Assembly (NCBI GenBank): GCA_963842525.1
Contig: CAWJGT010000023.1
Coordinates: forward strand, 288,001 to 352,000
Direction of reading: 5' to 3'
Source: an uncultured Holophagales bacterium
GTDB taxonomy: Bacteria; Acidobacteriota; Thermoanaerobaculia; Multivoradales; UBA5704
DNA length: 64,000 nucleotides
Below the pieces are notes generated by a model that did no database searches, was not told the DNA's origin, and saw only the letters and a list, made by a program, of their open reading frames with translations. The position numbers and the translations under genes are program-made. Within the stretch, counting starts at the first letter, position 1, and each line of letters begins with the position of its first letter. Of the stretch, positions 35,289-45,533 are shown one piece after another.

Positions 35289-37850
35289 ATGACAGGCAAA
35301 GGCATTTTCCACCGCTGGTGGGCCATCCTGGCGGCAGGCATGATAGCTGCCACCACTTTCACGACGGCGGCCACGGCACAGCAGGTCGATCAGAACCGGG
35401 GTGTGGATCCCCGGGTGGACTACCCCTCGTTCGTCCAGCTCGGACCCTGGGATGACCGCAACTACCGGGTCACGAAGGAGGATCTCGCCGTCCTCGCCCC
35501 CAACGAGCACGAGCTCAAGGACCCCATCCCCGTCTTCTTCCGGATCGAGCTGCGCAAGGCCATCCCCGGAATGCCGCGCATCGGCGTGGCCCAGTACCCA
35601 CGGAGCGCTCTCCAGGTCTTCGAGCTGAAGTACGGCGGCTACCTGATCGGCAAGACCCTGTACAAGGGGGCGACCTACCGCAATGGCCGCTTCGAGGTGG
35701 TGCAGACCAAGGGCGTCACCGTGGAGGAGTTCGAGAACAAGGCTCTGACCAATGACGTGCGCGTCACCTCGCCGACCGGCGGCGCCGAATCGGCGGTGAA
35801 GATCCATCCGACGGATGTCAACAAGGTGGTGGCTGGATCGAACGGGCCCGGCTCGGGCCAGATCATGTGGTTTTCGACCAACGGCGGCTCCACCTGGACC
35901 CAGGCCGCTGCTCTTCCCCAGGGCGGCACCTGCTGCGACCCCACGGTCGACTGGTCCTCGAATGGCCAGTTCGCCTACACCTCCACCCTCGGCGGCTGCG
36001 GTGCGGTCTGCAATGTGTGGGTCTACCGCTCCTCCGACGGCGGCGCCACCTGGAACGACCTGGCGACCATCACGCCGGGAGACGGCCGGCGCGAGGTCAC
36101 CTCGGCGAACACCAGCGACAAGCAGTACATCCACGTCGACAAGTTCGCGACCTCTCCCTTCCGCGACAACATCTACCAGTGCTGGCACGACAACAACGTC
36201 CTGAAGCACTCGCGGTCGACGGACTTCGCCCACACCTGGAGCGCGCCGCTGACCATGTCGAGCGGCACGAGCCAGTCGGGCATCGGCTGCGATCTGACGA
36301 CCGACAAGGCCGGCAATGTCTATTATTTCTGGCCGGCGGTCAACGGCCAGACCATCCTGATGCGCAAGTCGACCAACGGCGGCTCGAGCTTCGCCGCGGC
36401 CGCTACCGTGTCCACCACGTCGGACGGCTACGATTTCGCCATCCCGGCGATGGAGACCCGCCGCGCTTTCATTTACGCGTCCGCCGATGCGGACGTTTCG
36501 AACGGCGCCTTTGCGAATTCAATCTACGTCGCCTGGACGGACACCACGGCTCCCGAGACGTCGCCCCCCGCCAACAACCATGGCCGCATCCGGGTCGCCT
36601 ACTCCCGGGACGGCGGCGCCACCTGGACGGTCCGCACGCCGCACGAGACGGCCGATGCCAACACGGTCGACCGTTTCCATCCCTGGCTGGGAGTCGGCCC
36701 GGACGGCAAGGTCTATGTCATGTTCTATGACACCCGCCGCAGCCCAACCCGGGTGGGAGTCGACATCTTCTATTCCGTCTCCTCCGACGGCGGCAACACC
36801 TGGCCGACGCCGGTCCGCCTGACCAGCGTGCTGTCGCCGCAGATCGACACCGGCTTCGAGTGGGGTGACTACAACGGTCTGGACATCGTCGGCAACCAGC
36901 TCATCACCATCTTCACCGACAACCGGCACGAGACCGGCGGTACCGCCGACTCGGTCGACGTCTATGCCGCAGGGGTCCAGATCGGCGGCGGCCCGGGCAA
37001 TACGCCGCCGGTCGTGACCATCACCGCGCCGCCCAACGGCACCTCGGTGGCGCAGGGCACCTCGGTGACCTTCAGCGGCACGGCCACGGACGCCGAGGAC
37101 GGCAACATTTCAGCCAGCCTGACCTGGACCTCGAGCATCAACGGCATTTTCGGCAGCGGCGCCTCGTTCAGCACCTCGACGCTCTCGGCGGGCACCCACA
37201 CGATCACCGCTTCGGTGACCGACAGCGCCGGCGCTCCGGGCTCTGCCCAGATCACCCTGACAGTGACCTCCGGCTCGACGACGGTGACCTTCAATTCGGT
37301 GGCCGCGCAGGACGGCCGCATCTGGGAGTCGGGCGAGAACACCAACGTCGGCGGCGGCGGCAACTCGACCGAAAACCTGACGACCGCGCTTCGGATCGGC
37401 GACACCAACGTCGACGAGCAGTACAAGAGCATCGTCTCCTTCGACACCTCGTCGATCCCGGACGGCGCGACGATCCTGTCGGCGACCCTGCGCCTGGTGC
37501 GCGGCGCCATCTCCGGCACCAGCCCCTTCTCCACCCACGGCCCCTGCGTCGCCGACATCGTGACCGGCGGCTTCGGCGGCTCGACCGCCTTTGCCTTCGC
37601 CGACTGGCAGGCGGCGGCGACAGCCAACGCCGTGGCCACCATGTCGAGCCCGGCCAGCAACGGCTCCCCGTCGACGGGCAGCCTGAACGCGGCCGGCCTG
37701 AGCGCCGTCAACAAGACCGGAACGACGCAGCTCCGCGTTTACTGCACGCTCGGCGACAACGACGACAACGGCTACGACTACATCGGCTTCTACCCGGGTG
37801 AGGCCACCACGGCAACCAACCGCCCGCAGCTTACCGTCACCTACCAGTAG
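35289..37850 (+). CDS. Secreted sialidase-like (BNR/Asp-box) propeller with Ig-like and C-terminal DNRLRE-like domains
   Basis: Signal peptide; STNGGSTW, SSDGGATW, SRDGGATW and SSDGGNTW Asp-boxes; NTPPVVTITAP; FDTSSIP..ATL.L..RPQLTVTY. Confidence 0.85.
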   Translation: MTGKGIFHRWWAILAAGMIAATTFTTAATAQQVDQNRGVDPRVDYPSFVQLGPWDDRNYRVTKEDLAVLAPNEHELKDPIPVFFRIELRKAIPGMPRIGVAQYPRSALQVFELKYGGYLIGKTLYKGATYRNGRFEVVQTKGVTVEEFENKALTNDVRVTSPTGGAESAVKIHPTDVNKVVAGSNGPGSGQIMWFSTNGGSTWTQAAALPQGGTCCDPTVDWSSNGQFAYTSTLGGCGAVCNVWVYRSSDGGATWNDLATITPGDGRREVTSANTSDKQYIHVDKFATSPFRDNIYQCWHDNNVLKHSRSTDFAHTWSAPLTMSSGTSQSGIGCDLTTDKAGNVYYFWPAVNGQTILMRKSTNGGSSFAAAATVSTTSDGYDFAIPAMETRRAFIYASADADVSNGAFANSIYVAWTDTTAPETSPPANNHGRIRVAYSRDGGATWTVRTPHETADANTVDRFHPWLGVGPDGKVYVMFYDTRRSPTRVGVDIFYSVSSDGGNTWPTPVRLTSVLSPQIDTGFEWGDYNGLDIVGNQLITIFTDNRHETGGTADSVDVYAAGVQIGGGPGNTPPVVTITAPPNGTSVAQGTSVTFSGTATDAEDGNISASLTWTSSINGIFGSGASFSTSTLSAGTHTITASVTDSAGAPGSAQITLTVTSGSTTVTFNSVAAQDGRIWESGENTNVGGGGNSTENLTTALRIGDTNVDEQYKSIVSFDTSSIPDGATILSATLRLVRGAISGTSPFSTHGPCVADIVTGGFGGSTAFAFADWQAAATANAVATMSSPASNGSPSTGSLNAAGLSAVNKTGTTQLRVYCTLGDNDDNGYDYIGFYPGEATTATNRPQLTVTYQ

Positions 37851-38045
37851 ACTCCGAGGAGGCAACCGGTCAAGGGGGGCGCGATCCGTCGCGCTCCCCC
37901 ACTCCGGGACGCCGATGACCAGCGGCAGCGCGCGCAGCACTGGCAAGGCCGTCGCCCCCGTGGACCCAACCGAACACTCGCCGGGCACCTGTTCGGCACG
38001 GTTTGTAGACCATGCCGGCGTTTTACGGCGTAGAATGACGGCGTC

Positions 38046-39206
38046 ATGGTCGAAGCGGTACTGCCACGGATCACGGTCGCGCCGAAGGGCAGCTTCTTCC
38101 TGTTCGGTGCCCGCGGAGTCGGCAAGAGCACCTGGGCACGCGAGACCTTCCCAGGTGCTCACCGCTTCGACCTTCTCGACGAAGGGCTCTTTCAAAGCTT
38201 CCTTTCCGACCCGGCGTTGTTCGGCGCCGAGCTGCGGACGCTCGAGCCGGGCAGTTGGGTGGTCGTCGACGAGGTACAACGGATTCCCGGGCTTTTGAAC
38301 GAGGTCCACCGCGCGATCGAGGAGCTACGGCTGCGCTTCGCGCTGCTCGGATCGAGCGCCCGGAAGCTCAAGACCGCGGGGACCAACCTCTTGGCCGGCC
38401 GGGCTCTATGGCGAACGATGTACCCCTTCGTGCCGCAGGAGCTGGGCGCCGCTTTCGACCTCGAGAGCACCTTGCAGTTCGGGAGTATCCCTCTGGTGGT
38501 GGCATCCGAGGATCGAGGGGCGACCTTGGCGGCCTATTTCCAGCTCTATATCCGTGAGGAGATTCGGGGCGAAGCGTTGGTGCGGAATCTTCCGGGCTTC
38601 GTCCGCTTTCTCCCGATCGCTGCTCTCGCGCACGGCCAGGTTGTCAACGTCGCCGGCATCGCCCGCGATTCGGGCACCGCGCGAACCACCGTCCAGGGCT
38701 ATCTCGAGATCCTCGAGGATACCCTTCTCGCCTGGCGGCTCGCGGCTTTCGAGACCCGCCTGCGAGTGCGGGAACGCAAGCACCCGAAGCTCTACTGGCT
38801 CGATCCCGGCTTGGTGCGCGCGGTCAAAAAGCAGGTCGGCACCGTATCTTCCGAGGAGGCGGGCTCCCTGTTCGAAGGCTGGATCCACACCTTGCTCCGC
38901 GCCTACGGCGGCACGGGCACGCTCTTCGACGAGATCGCCTACTGGTCGCCGGCCGAAGCTCGGTCGGTCGAGGTCGATTTTCTCCTCCAGCGGGGCGGCG
39001 AGCACCTGGCCCTCGAAGTGAAAGCCGGGGCGCGCTTCACGCCCGCCTGGCTGTCCGGCCTCACGGCGATCGGCGACCTGCCGCGGCTCGCGCGGCGGAT
39101 CCTGGTCTACACCGGCACACGCGAGCTGCGCACTCCGGAGGGAATCGAGGTCTGGCCGCTCGACAAGCTCCTCACCGCGCTCGCGGACGGGACGCTCTGG
39201 CCGTGA
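38046..39206 (+). CDS. AAA_14 ATPase with DUF4143 C-terminus
   Basis: GARGVGKST, VVDEVQ, LLGSS, LAGRA, KLYWLDPG and EVDFLL..LALEVK. Confidence 0.92.
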   Translation: MVEAVLPRITVAPKGSFFLFGARGVGKSTWARETFPGAHRFDLLDEGLFQSFLSDPALFGAELRTLEPGSWVVVDEVQRIPGLLNEVHRAIEELRLRFALLGSSARKLKTAGTNLLAGRALWRTMYPFVPQELGAAFDLESTLQFGSIPLVVASEDRGATLAAYFQLYIREEIRGEALVRNLPGFVRFLPIAALAHGQVVNVAGIARDSGTARTTVQGYLEILEDTLLAWRLAAFETRLRVRERKHPKLYWLDPGLVRAVKKQVGTVSSEEAGSLFEGWIHTLLRAYGGTGTLFDEIAYWSPAEARSVEVDFLLQRGGEHLALEVKAGARFTPAWLSGLTAIGDLPRLARRILVYTGTRELRTPEGIEVWPLDKLLTALADGTLWP

Positions 39207-39395
39207 GCCTCGCCGGCCGGCGCCGAATCACAGCCCGTGCCGGCAGCAGGGGCGCGATGGATCGCGCCCCTTTTCTTTCGCGGCGCGCCTCGGGCGAGCG
39301 GCCGTGCGTCAGCGCCGCCCCGGCCCCTCGGGCATGGATGTTCCGCCCGGCCGCAAGATCCTCTATAATCTTTGTCGCAACCCTGTAAGCCGACG

Positions 39396-41042
39396 ATGTA
39401 CCGACGACTGCTCGCCCTCGCTTCTGCCGCCCTGCTGGCCACGGCCTGCGACTCCACGAACCCGGTGGCGCCGCCGGCTCCGGACGACCCCGGCTCGCCC
39501 ACGACGCTGACGGTCACCGTGGCCTCGGACCGCGGCCAGATCGAGGCCGGCTCCTCGCAGGCGGCCAACTTGACGGTCACGGCGAAGAAAAGGGACGGCT
39601 CGCCGGCTCCGGACGGCACCGAGGTCGCCCTCAACACCAATCTGGGCAGCTTCGGGTCGGACAACCTGGGCAACCCGGTCCAACTCGTCACGAAGACGCT
39701 CGCCGGCGGCACCACCACGGTCCAGTTCTTCGCCGGCAGCGCCCAGGGCACCGCCAACATCCTTGCCCAGGCGGGCACCGCCTTGGGGCAGATCAACCTG
39801 CCGATCGTGGCGGCGTCGGCCCCGCCGGTGGCGGAGTTCGCCTTCGAGGCCAGCGGCCTGTCGGTCCTCTTCGAGGACGCCTCGACGGGCACCCCGACCG
39901 CCTGGATCTGGGACTTCGGCGACGGCAAGGTGAGCACGGCGAAGAGCCCGCTCCACACCTACTCCGCGGCCGGCAGCTACGCGGTGTCGCTCACGGTCAC
40001 GGCCGCGGGCGGACAGAGCACCAAGCGCAAGTTCGTCACGGTCGACGAAGGCGATGCGCTGATCGCCAACTTCACCTTCTCGACGAACGGCCTGACCGTG
40101 CTGTTCACGGACGCGTCGGCCGGCAGTCCCCGGAGCTATTTCTGGGACTTCGGCGACGGCAAGACGAGCACGGCGAAGAGCCCGAGCCACACCTACGCCG
40201 GGCCGGGCGACTATACGGTCACGCTGACGGTCGCCAATGCCTTCGGCACCACGGACAGCCTGAGCAAGTTCGTGACGCTGTCGCTTGGCACTGCGCCGGT
40301 GGCGGAGTTCCAGTTCGAGACCGACGGCCTGCGGGCCCTGTTCACCGACGCATCGACCAACACGCCGACCCGCTGGGCCTGGGACTTCGGCGACGGCGGG
40401 ACGAGCACGCAGCAGAACCCCTCCCACAACTTCTCCACCGGGGGCACCTACAACGTGACCCTCACGGCCTCGAACAACGGCGGCTCCTCGTCGAAAACCA
40501 AGTTCGTCACCGTCTCGCTGGGCACGCCGCCGGTGGCCTCCTTCGAGGCCACGCCCAACGCCCTGAACGTCGCCTTCACGGACACCTCGACGAACACCCC
40601 CACGAGCTGGAGCTGGGAATTCGGCGACGGCGGCACGAGCACGCTGCAGAACCCCTCCCATACCTATGCGGCCGCCGGCAGCTATACGGTGGCGCTGACC
40701 GCCTCGAATGCCGCGGGCTCCAACCGCACCACCAAGGTGATCACCGTCTCGGCCAGCGCAAACCCGCCGGTGGCCAACTTCTGCTACCGGCGCAACGGGC
40801 TGGCCGTGGTCTTTTCCGACTTCTCCAACCAGGGCCCCACCGCCTGGCAATGGAATTTCGGCGATTGCAGCACCTCGCCTTCGACCTGCCAGAGCACCCT
40901 CCAGAATCCCGCCCACACCTATGCCGCGGCCGGCACCTTCGCCGTCGTGCTCGCGGTCTCCAACTCGGCGGGTGACAGCTCGATCAGCAAGTTCGTCGAG
41001 GTCACCGGCACGACCGTGGACCTCGTGCCGATCTGCTTATAA
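39396..41042 (+). CDS. Lipoprotein with an Ig-like domain and five PKD repeats
   Basis: Lipobox LATAC; five W[DEN]FGD..S...P.H.[YF] repeats. Confidence 0.92.
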   Translation: MYRRLLALASAALLATACDSTNPVAPPAPDDPGSPTTLTVTVASDRGQIEAGSSQAANLTVTAKKRDGSPAPDGTEVALNTNLGSFGSDNLGNPVQLVTKTLAGGTTTVQFFAGSAQGTANILAQAGTALGQINLPIVAASAPPVAEFAFEASGLSVLFEDASTGTPTAWIWDFGDGKVSTAKSPLHTYSAAGSYAVSLTVTAAGGQSTKRKFVTVDEGDALIANFTFSTNGLTVLFTDASAGSPRSYFWDFGDGKTSTAKSPSHTYAGPGDYTVTLTVANAFGTTDSLSKFVTLSLGTAPVAEFQFETDGLRALFTDASTNTPTRWAWDFGDGGTSTQQNPSHNFSTGGTYNVTLTASNNGGSSSKTKFVTVSLGTPPVASFEATPNALNVAFTDTSTNTPTSWSWEFGDGGTSTLQNPSHTYAAAGSYTVALTASNAAGSNRTTKVITVSASANPPVANFCYRRNGLAVVFSDFSNQGPTAWQWNFGDCSTSPSTCQSTLQNPAHTYAAAGTFAVVLAVSNSAGDSSISKFVEVTGTTVDLVPICL

Positions 41043-41056
41043 CCGAGAGGCCGAAT

Positions 41057-41160
41057 GTGCAGCGAGCTCAAATGGGTTTCGCCCTGCTGCTCCTGGCGAT
41101 GTCTTCTCCGGTCTACGCCTGGGGACCTATCGGACACCGGACCGTCGGCAGGATCGCGAT
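41057..41160 (+). pseudogene. 5' fragment of an S1/P1 nuclease gene
   Basis: Signal peptide plus AWGPIGHRTVGRIA (WG..GH motif), after which similarity stops. Confidence 0.7.
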
Positions 41161-41749
41161 AACAGGATCAACCAGCTCCTCTCTCCCCGGGTTTCGCACC
41201 AAGACGAGACCAACCGGTCTCAACGCTGCGGGGTCATCGCAATGCCGTGCTCCGCAGCAGCAGGATCGCTTTCTCCAGAAACAGCCGCGCCTGCAGGATG
41301 CGCGGGCGTACCGCCGCCTCGTCTTCGTCCGCCAGGTCCGACACCTCCAGGGCTTCGAGCGACTCGGACACGCGTATCAATGTCCGCCGGTGACCGGCGA
41401 GGAGCGGCCTCGCCTCCACTCTCTGCCTTACCGCGGTATCCAGGCCGCCGCCGTTCGGCAGCGTCACAACAAAAGTTTCGATCAGATCGTCGATCATTCA
41501 ACGTCTCCACGAAAAAAGGGGCTGGTGCGACCAGCCCGATCCAAGCACAACGCGAGGCCCCTCCTCAGCTCTTCTCGTCCACGACCGCCAGCAGCGCCCG
41601 GAGCAGCGGCTCGACATGGTCCCTCAGCAGCCCCTGGACCGAGATCCGGAGGCCTGTCACACCTTCCGGGTGCGTTTTGAAGTCCTCCAGGTCCAACTCC
41701 TCCGGCGCCGCCGGGAGCATTTTTTCGATCAGGAACAGCCGCGTGTGCA

Positions 41750-41978
41750 GCGCCTTGAGGAGCCGGACGCGCCTCTCCTCACGCGCGAGATCACCACCTT
41801 CCGGCTGGTCGGGGCCGCGTACCGCAGGGCCAGCGAGACACACCGCGTGCGCCTCTATACCCGTGAGGAGATCGAAAGCGAGCTGCGGCAGGCCGGGTTC
41901 TCGGTCCGTGTGCAGCGCCGCTATGGCACGCAGGAGGTGGGGCCGCAGCGGCTCGTCTTCTGCGCTCGCAAGATCTAA
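41750..41978 (+). pseudogene. 3' fragment of a class I SAM methyltransferase-like gene
   Basis: LTREITTFR..YRRASETHRVRLYTREEIESELRQAGF..RLVFCARKI*. Confidence 0.55.
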
Positions 41979-42868
41979 CTTCGCGCGTCCCAGGCACTCT
42001 TGACCAGGGTGGCGAGCAGGATGATTGCGGCCCCTGCGATCGACCAGGCGCCGGGCCGCTCGCCGTGGACGATCCAGGCCCAGACCGGATTGAGCACCGG
42101 CTCGAGGAGCAGCAGCAGCGAGGCCTCGAGCGCGCGGATGCGTTTCAGGCCGCGCAGCAGGAAGGCGTAGGCCACGCCGACCTGGAAGGTGCCGAGGTAG
42201 GCGATGATCGCCCAATCGGCCCCGGTCGTGGGCCCGAGCGGCAGGGCCATCGGAAGGCAGCAGAGCGCGGTGATCACGCTCCCCCACAGGGCCGAGGCGG
42301 GACCCCAATTGCCCGAAGCCCTCCCCAGCGCCCGGAGCCCTATGATGGTGATCGCCCAGGTGAGCCCGGACAGGGCGCCCAGGATGTTGCCGAGGAAGGG
42401 GTTCGGCGCGGTCACCGAGACCGGATCGAGCCCGACGAAGAAGCAGCCCAGCCCCACCCCCAGCGCCGCCATGTAGATCAGGTCCGCGGCGCGCACCTTC
42501 TCGCCCAGCAGCCATGGGCTCAGCAGGACCACCCAGAGCGGCGCGGTCGCCTGCAGGTAGATCGCGCCCGCCGCCGTGGTGAGCTTGTTCGCCTGGACGA
42601 AGAGCACCATGGTCGCGGCGTAGACGGCGCCGACCCCGAGCACCCGCAGGGTCGGGCGGCGCCGTGCCTCGGGCAGCAGGACCAGGAAGGCGAGGGTGGC
42701 CACGGCCGAGCGGAAGCTCGCCACCTGCCAACCCGTGAGATGGCTTGCCGCCTTGACCGCGGCCCCGCCGGAGGAAAAGAGCGCCGCCGCGGCCAGGACA
42801 CGCAGCCGGGAGCCCAGGGCACCCGGAGTCTCTTCAGCATGGGAGGACGTGGGCTCGGATGTCGGCAT
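41975..42868 (-). CDS. EamA/DMT family transporter
   Basis: Multiple TM segments; LQATAPLWVVLLSPWLLGE and LLEPVLNPVWAW..GERP. Confidence 0.93.
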   Translation of the reverse strand: MPTSEPTSSHAEETPGALGSRLRVLAAAALFSSGGAAVKAASHLTGWQVASFRSAVATLAFLVLLPEARRRPTLRVLGVGAVYAATMVLFVQANKLTTAAGAIYLQATAPLWVVLLSPWLLGEKVRAADLIYMAALGVGLGCFFVGLDPVSVTAPNPFLGNILGALSGLTWAITIIGLRALGRASGNWGPASALWGSVITALCCLPMALPLGPTTGADWAIIAYLGTFQVGVAYAFLLRGLKRIRALEASLLLLLEPVLNPVWAWIVHGERPGAWSIAGAAIILLATLVKSAWDARS

Positions 42869-42934
42869 GGGATAGGAGGATGCCGTGTGGACGGCCGGGC
42901 GGAGATCTTAGAGCGCGAGCCGGCGCCGCGAAAG

Positions 42935-43076
42935 CCCTCACCCCCGGCCCCTCTCCCATCCGCACTCCCTTCCCCCCGGGGAGGGGGGAAATACATCACC
43001 AGGAAGCTCTTGGGTGGGGGCTCCCCTCTCCCGGGTGGGTGGGAGTGCGGATGGGAGAGGGGCCGGGGGTGAGGGA
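42935..43076. repeat. Inverted pair of REP-like elements
   Basis: CCCTCACCCCCGGCCCCTCTCCCATCCGCACTCCC ... GGGAGTGCGGATGGGAGAGGGGCCGGGGGTGAGGG perfect long inverted repeat. Confidence 0.9.
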
Positions 43077-43190
43077 CCTCGGCGGCGACCTCGCGCAAAA
43101 TCTCGCAAAACCTCTCAGCCTCCCCCCAGTTCTGTAGTACTCTTTCCCGGTTCTACCTCCAGAGCTCGAGCGATAAGGAGAAGCGGTGAT

Positions 43191-44087
43191 ATGTGGCAAC
43201 GTGGTCTGTCCTGGATCCTGGGCCTGAGCCTGCTGGCGGGAGCGCTCCCGGCCGCCGCCCAAACGGCCTATTCGGTCCGCTCCGACGGGGGCTCCTCCGC
43301 GAGCAACTTCGACGATCACCTCTACGCGATCAACCTGGCGAACGGAGAGGCCACCCGCATCGGGCCGACCGGATTCGAAGACGTCGAGTCGCTCGCCTTC
43401 GACCGGGGGTGCAACCACCTCTTCGCGGTCGACGACGTCACGGACCAACTCCTCACCTGCGACCTGCAGACCGGGGATTGCACGCCGGTCGGGCCGCTCA
43501 AAGTGAACGTGACCGACACCGGTCTCGCGTTCGACCTCGCCGGCAAGCTCTACATGTCCACCGACGCACCCAAGAAGCCGACCTTCCTCTACCGCCTCAA
43601 CCTCTACACCGGCGAAGCGGTCCGGGCCGGCGACCAGGGGCAGTCGGTCACCGGCCTGGCCGTGAACGACACGGCCATCTACGGGCTCGGCGGCGACAAC
43701 GCCAACAACCTCGTGGTCATCGACCCCAGGACCGGTGCCGCGAAGGCCATCGGCTCCCTGGGGTCAACGGTGAAGCTGTCCGACGGCGGCCTCGACTTCG
43801 CGGCGGACGGCCTCCTCTACGGCATCAGCGACGCCAGCGGCAGGAACGGCCCAAGCCAGATCTTCACGGTCAACCCGGAGACCGGGCACGCCACGGTCGT
43901 GGCGACCGTCCACGACGCCCAAGGGAAGCCCATCAGCGGCTTCGAAGGGCTGGCGGTCCAGGGCGGCATCTGCTCGATCCCGTCCCCGGGGACCATCACC
44001 GACGTCCCCACGGCGAGCGAGTGGAGCCTGGGGGTGCTGATGGCGCTGCTGGTGGCTGCCGGCATCTTCATTCTGCGGCGCGGGTGA
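43191..44087 (+). CDS. Secreted beta-propeller protein with IPTL-CTERM sorting signal
   Basis: Signal peptide; GLAFD / GLDF repeats; C-terminus DVPTASEWSLGVLMALLVAAGIFILRRG. Confidence 0.85.
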   Translation: MWQRGLSWILGLSLLAGALPAAAQTAYSVRSDGGSSASNFDDHLYAINLANGEATRIGPTGFEDVESLAFDRGCNHLFAVDDVTDQLLTCDLQTGDCTPVGPLKVNVTDTGLAFDLAGKLYMSTDAPKKPTFLYRLNLYTGEAVRAGDQGQSVTGLAVNDTAIYGLGGDNANNLVVIDPRTGAAKAIGSLGSTVKLSDGGLDFAADGLLYGISDASGRNGPSQIFTVNPETGHATVVATVHDAQGKPISGFEGLAVQGGICSIPSPGTITDVPTASEWSLGVLMALLVAAGIFILRRG

Positions 44088-44171
44088 GGTTGCCGCTCGC
44101 CCTCATCTGAGCTAGCCTGTCGGGTGACGGAGCCATTCCGTCAAGATCTTTGGAGAGCGATCGCAGCCCCC

Positions 44172-45503
44172 ATGCCTGAGCCTCTGCGCAAAATCTTCGT
44201 CCTGGATACCTCGGTCATCCTCTACGACTTCAACGCCGTCCAGAACTTCCAGGAGCACGACGTCGCGATCCCGATCACGGTGCTGGAGGAGCTGGACCAG
44301 TTCAAGAAGGGCAACTCGGTCCTGAACCTCCAGGCGCGCGAGTTCATCCGCCAGCTCGACCGGCTGGCGGGGCGCAACATGCTGAGCGACTGGATCCCCC
44401 TGGACGGGCCGGCCCGCGGCAAGATCCGGGTGCTCACCGACGAGAGCTCGCCGGCCGAGGTCGCGGAGGCCTTCGGCGGCAACCGCAAGCCCGACCACCG
44501 CATCTTGAACGCCGCCATCCGCCTCGCCCAGACCGAGCCGGACCGCCGGGTCGTCCTGGTCACCAAGGACATCAACCTGCGCTTGAAGGCGCGGGCCCTG
44601 AACTTGCCGGCCGAGGACTACGAGACCGTCAAGATCAAGGACGTCGACCACCTCTACACGGGGAAGAGCGAGCTCGAGGTCCACGATCCTGCCGTGATCG
44701 ACCAGCTCTACCGGGAGGAGCACGTCCCGGTCTCCGCCATCACGGCCGAGCCGCCCCCGGCCAATCAGTACTTCATCCTGCGCAGCGAGACGAAATCCGC
44801 CCTCGCCTGCTACAACCCGCGCCTGGAGCGGGTCGAGCGGGTGGTGAAGTCGATGGCCTATGGCGTCTCCCCGCGCAACGCCGAGCAGACCTTCGCCCTG
44901 CACGCCATCCTCAACCCGGAAGTCCCGTTGGTCTCCCTCTCGGGCGCCGCGGGCACGGGCAAGACCCTGCTCGCGCTGGCCGGCGCCCTGGAGCAGCGGC
45001 GGCTCTTCCGGCAGATCTACCTGGCACGGCCGATCGTGCCGCTATCGAACAAGGACATCGGCTTCCTGCCGGGCGACGTGCTGTCGAAGATCAACCCCTT
45101 CATGCAGCCGCTGTGGGACAACCTCGGCATCATCAAGAACCAGTGGGGCGAGCGCGACCGCGAATACAAGAAGGTCGACGAGCTGGTCGAGACCGAGAAG
45201 CTCCACATCGTGCCGCTGGCCTACATCCGCGGCCGCAGCCTCTCGAACGTCATCTTCATCGTGGACGAGGCGCAGAACCTGACGCCGCACGAGGTCAAGA
45301 CCATCATCACCCGAGCCGGCGAAAGCACGAAGATCGTGCTGACAGGCGACATCTTCCAGATCGACACGCCCTATCTGGACGCCCACAGCAACGGCCTTTC
45401 CTACCTGATCGACCGCCTCCGCGGGAATCCCCTCTACGCGCACATCAATCTGGAGAAGGGGGAGCGCTCGCAGCTCGCCAACCTGGCGAGCATGATGCTG
45501 TAA
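44172..45503 (+). CDS. PIN-PhoH ATPase (PhoH2/YlaK-like)
   Basis: FVLDTSV and TKDINLR PIN motifs; GAAGTGKT, GFLPG, IRGRSL, VDEAQN, TGD..QID and ERS. Confidence 0.95.
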   Translation: MPEPLRKIFVLDTSVILYDFNAVQNFQEHDVAIPITVLEELDQFKKGNSVLNLQAREFIRQLDRLAGRNMLSDWIPLDGPARGKIRVLTDESSPAEVAEAFGGNRKPDHRILNAAIRLAQTEPDRRVVLVTKDINLRLKARALNLPAEDYETVKIKDVDHLYTGKSELEVHDPAVIDQLYREEHVPVSAITAEPPPANQYFILRSETKSALACYNPRLERVERVVKSMAYGVSPRNAEQTFALHAILNPEVPLVSLSGAAGTGKTLLALAGALEQRRLFRQIYLARPIVPLSNKDIGFLPGDVLSKINPFMQPLWDNLGIIKNQWGERDREYKKVDELVETEKLHIVPLAYIRGRSLSNVIFIVDEAQNLTPHEVKTIITRAGESTKIVLTGDIFQIDTPYLDAHSNGLSYLIDRLRGNPLYAHINLEKGERSQLANLASMML

Positions 45504-45533
45504 GGGGGCCTTGGAAGCCGCAGGAGCCATGGC

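Noticed and set aside
38046-39206. AAA_14-DUF4143 ATPase as a novel defence gene
   Set aside because: It is a very common standalone family with no informative neighbours here.
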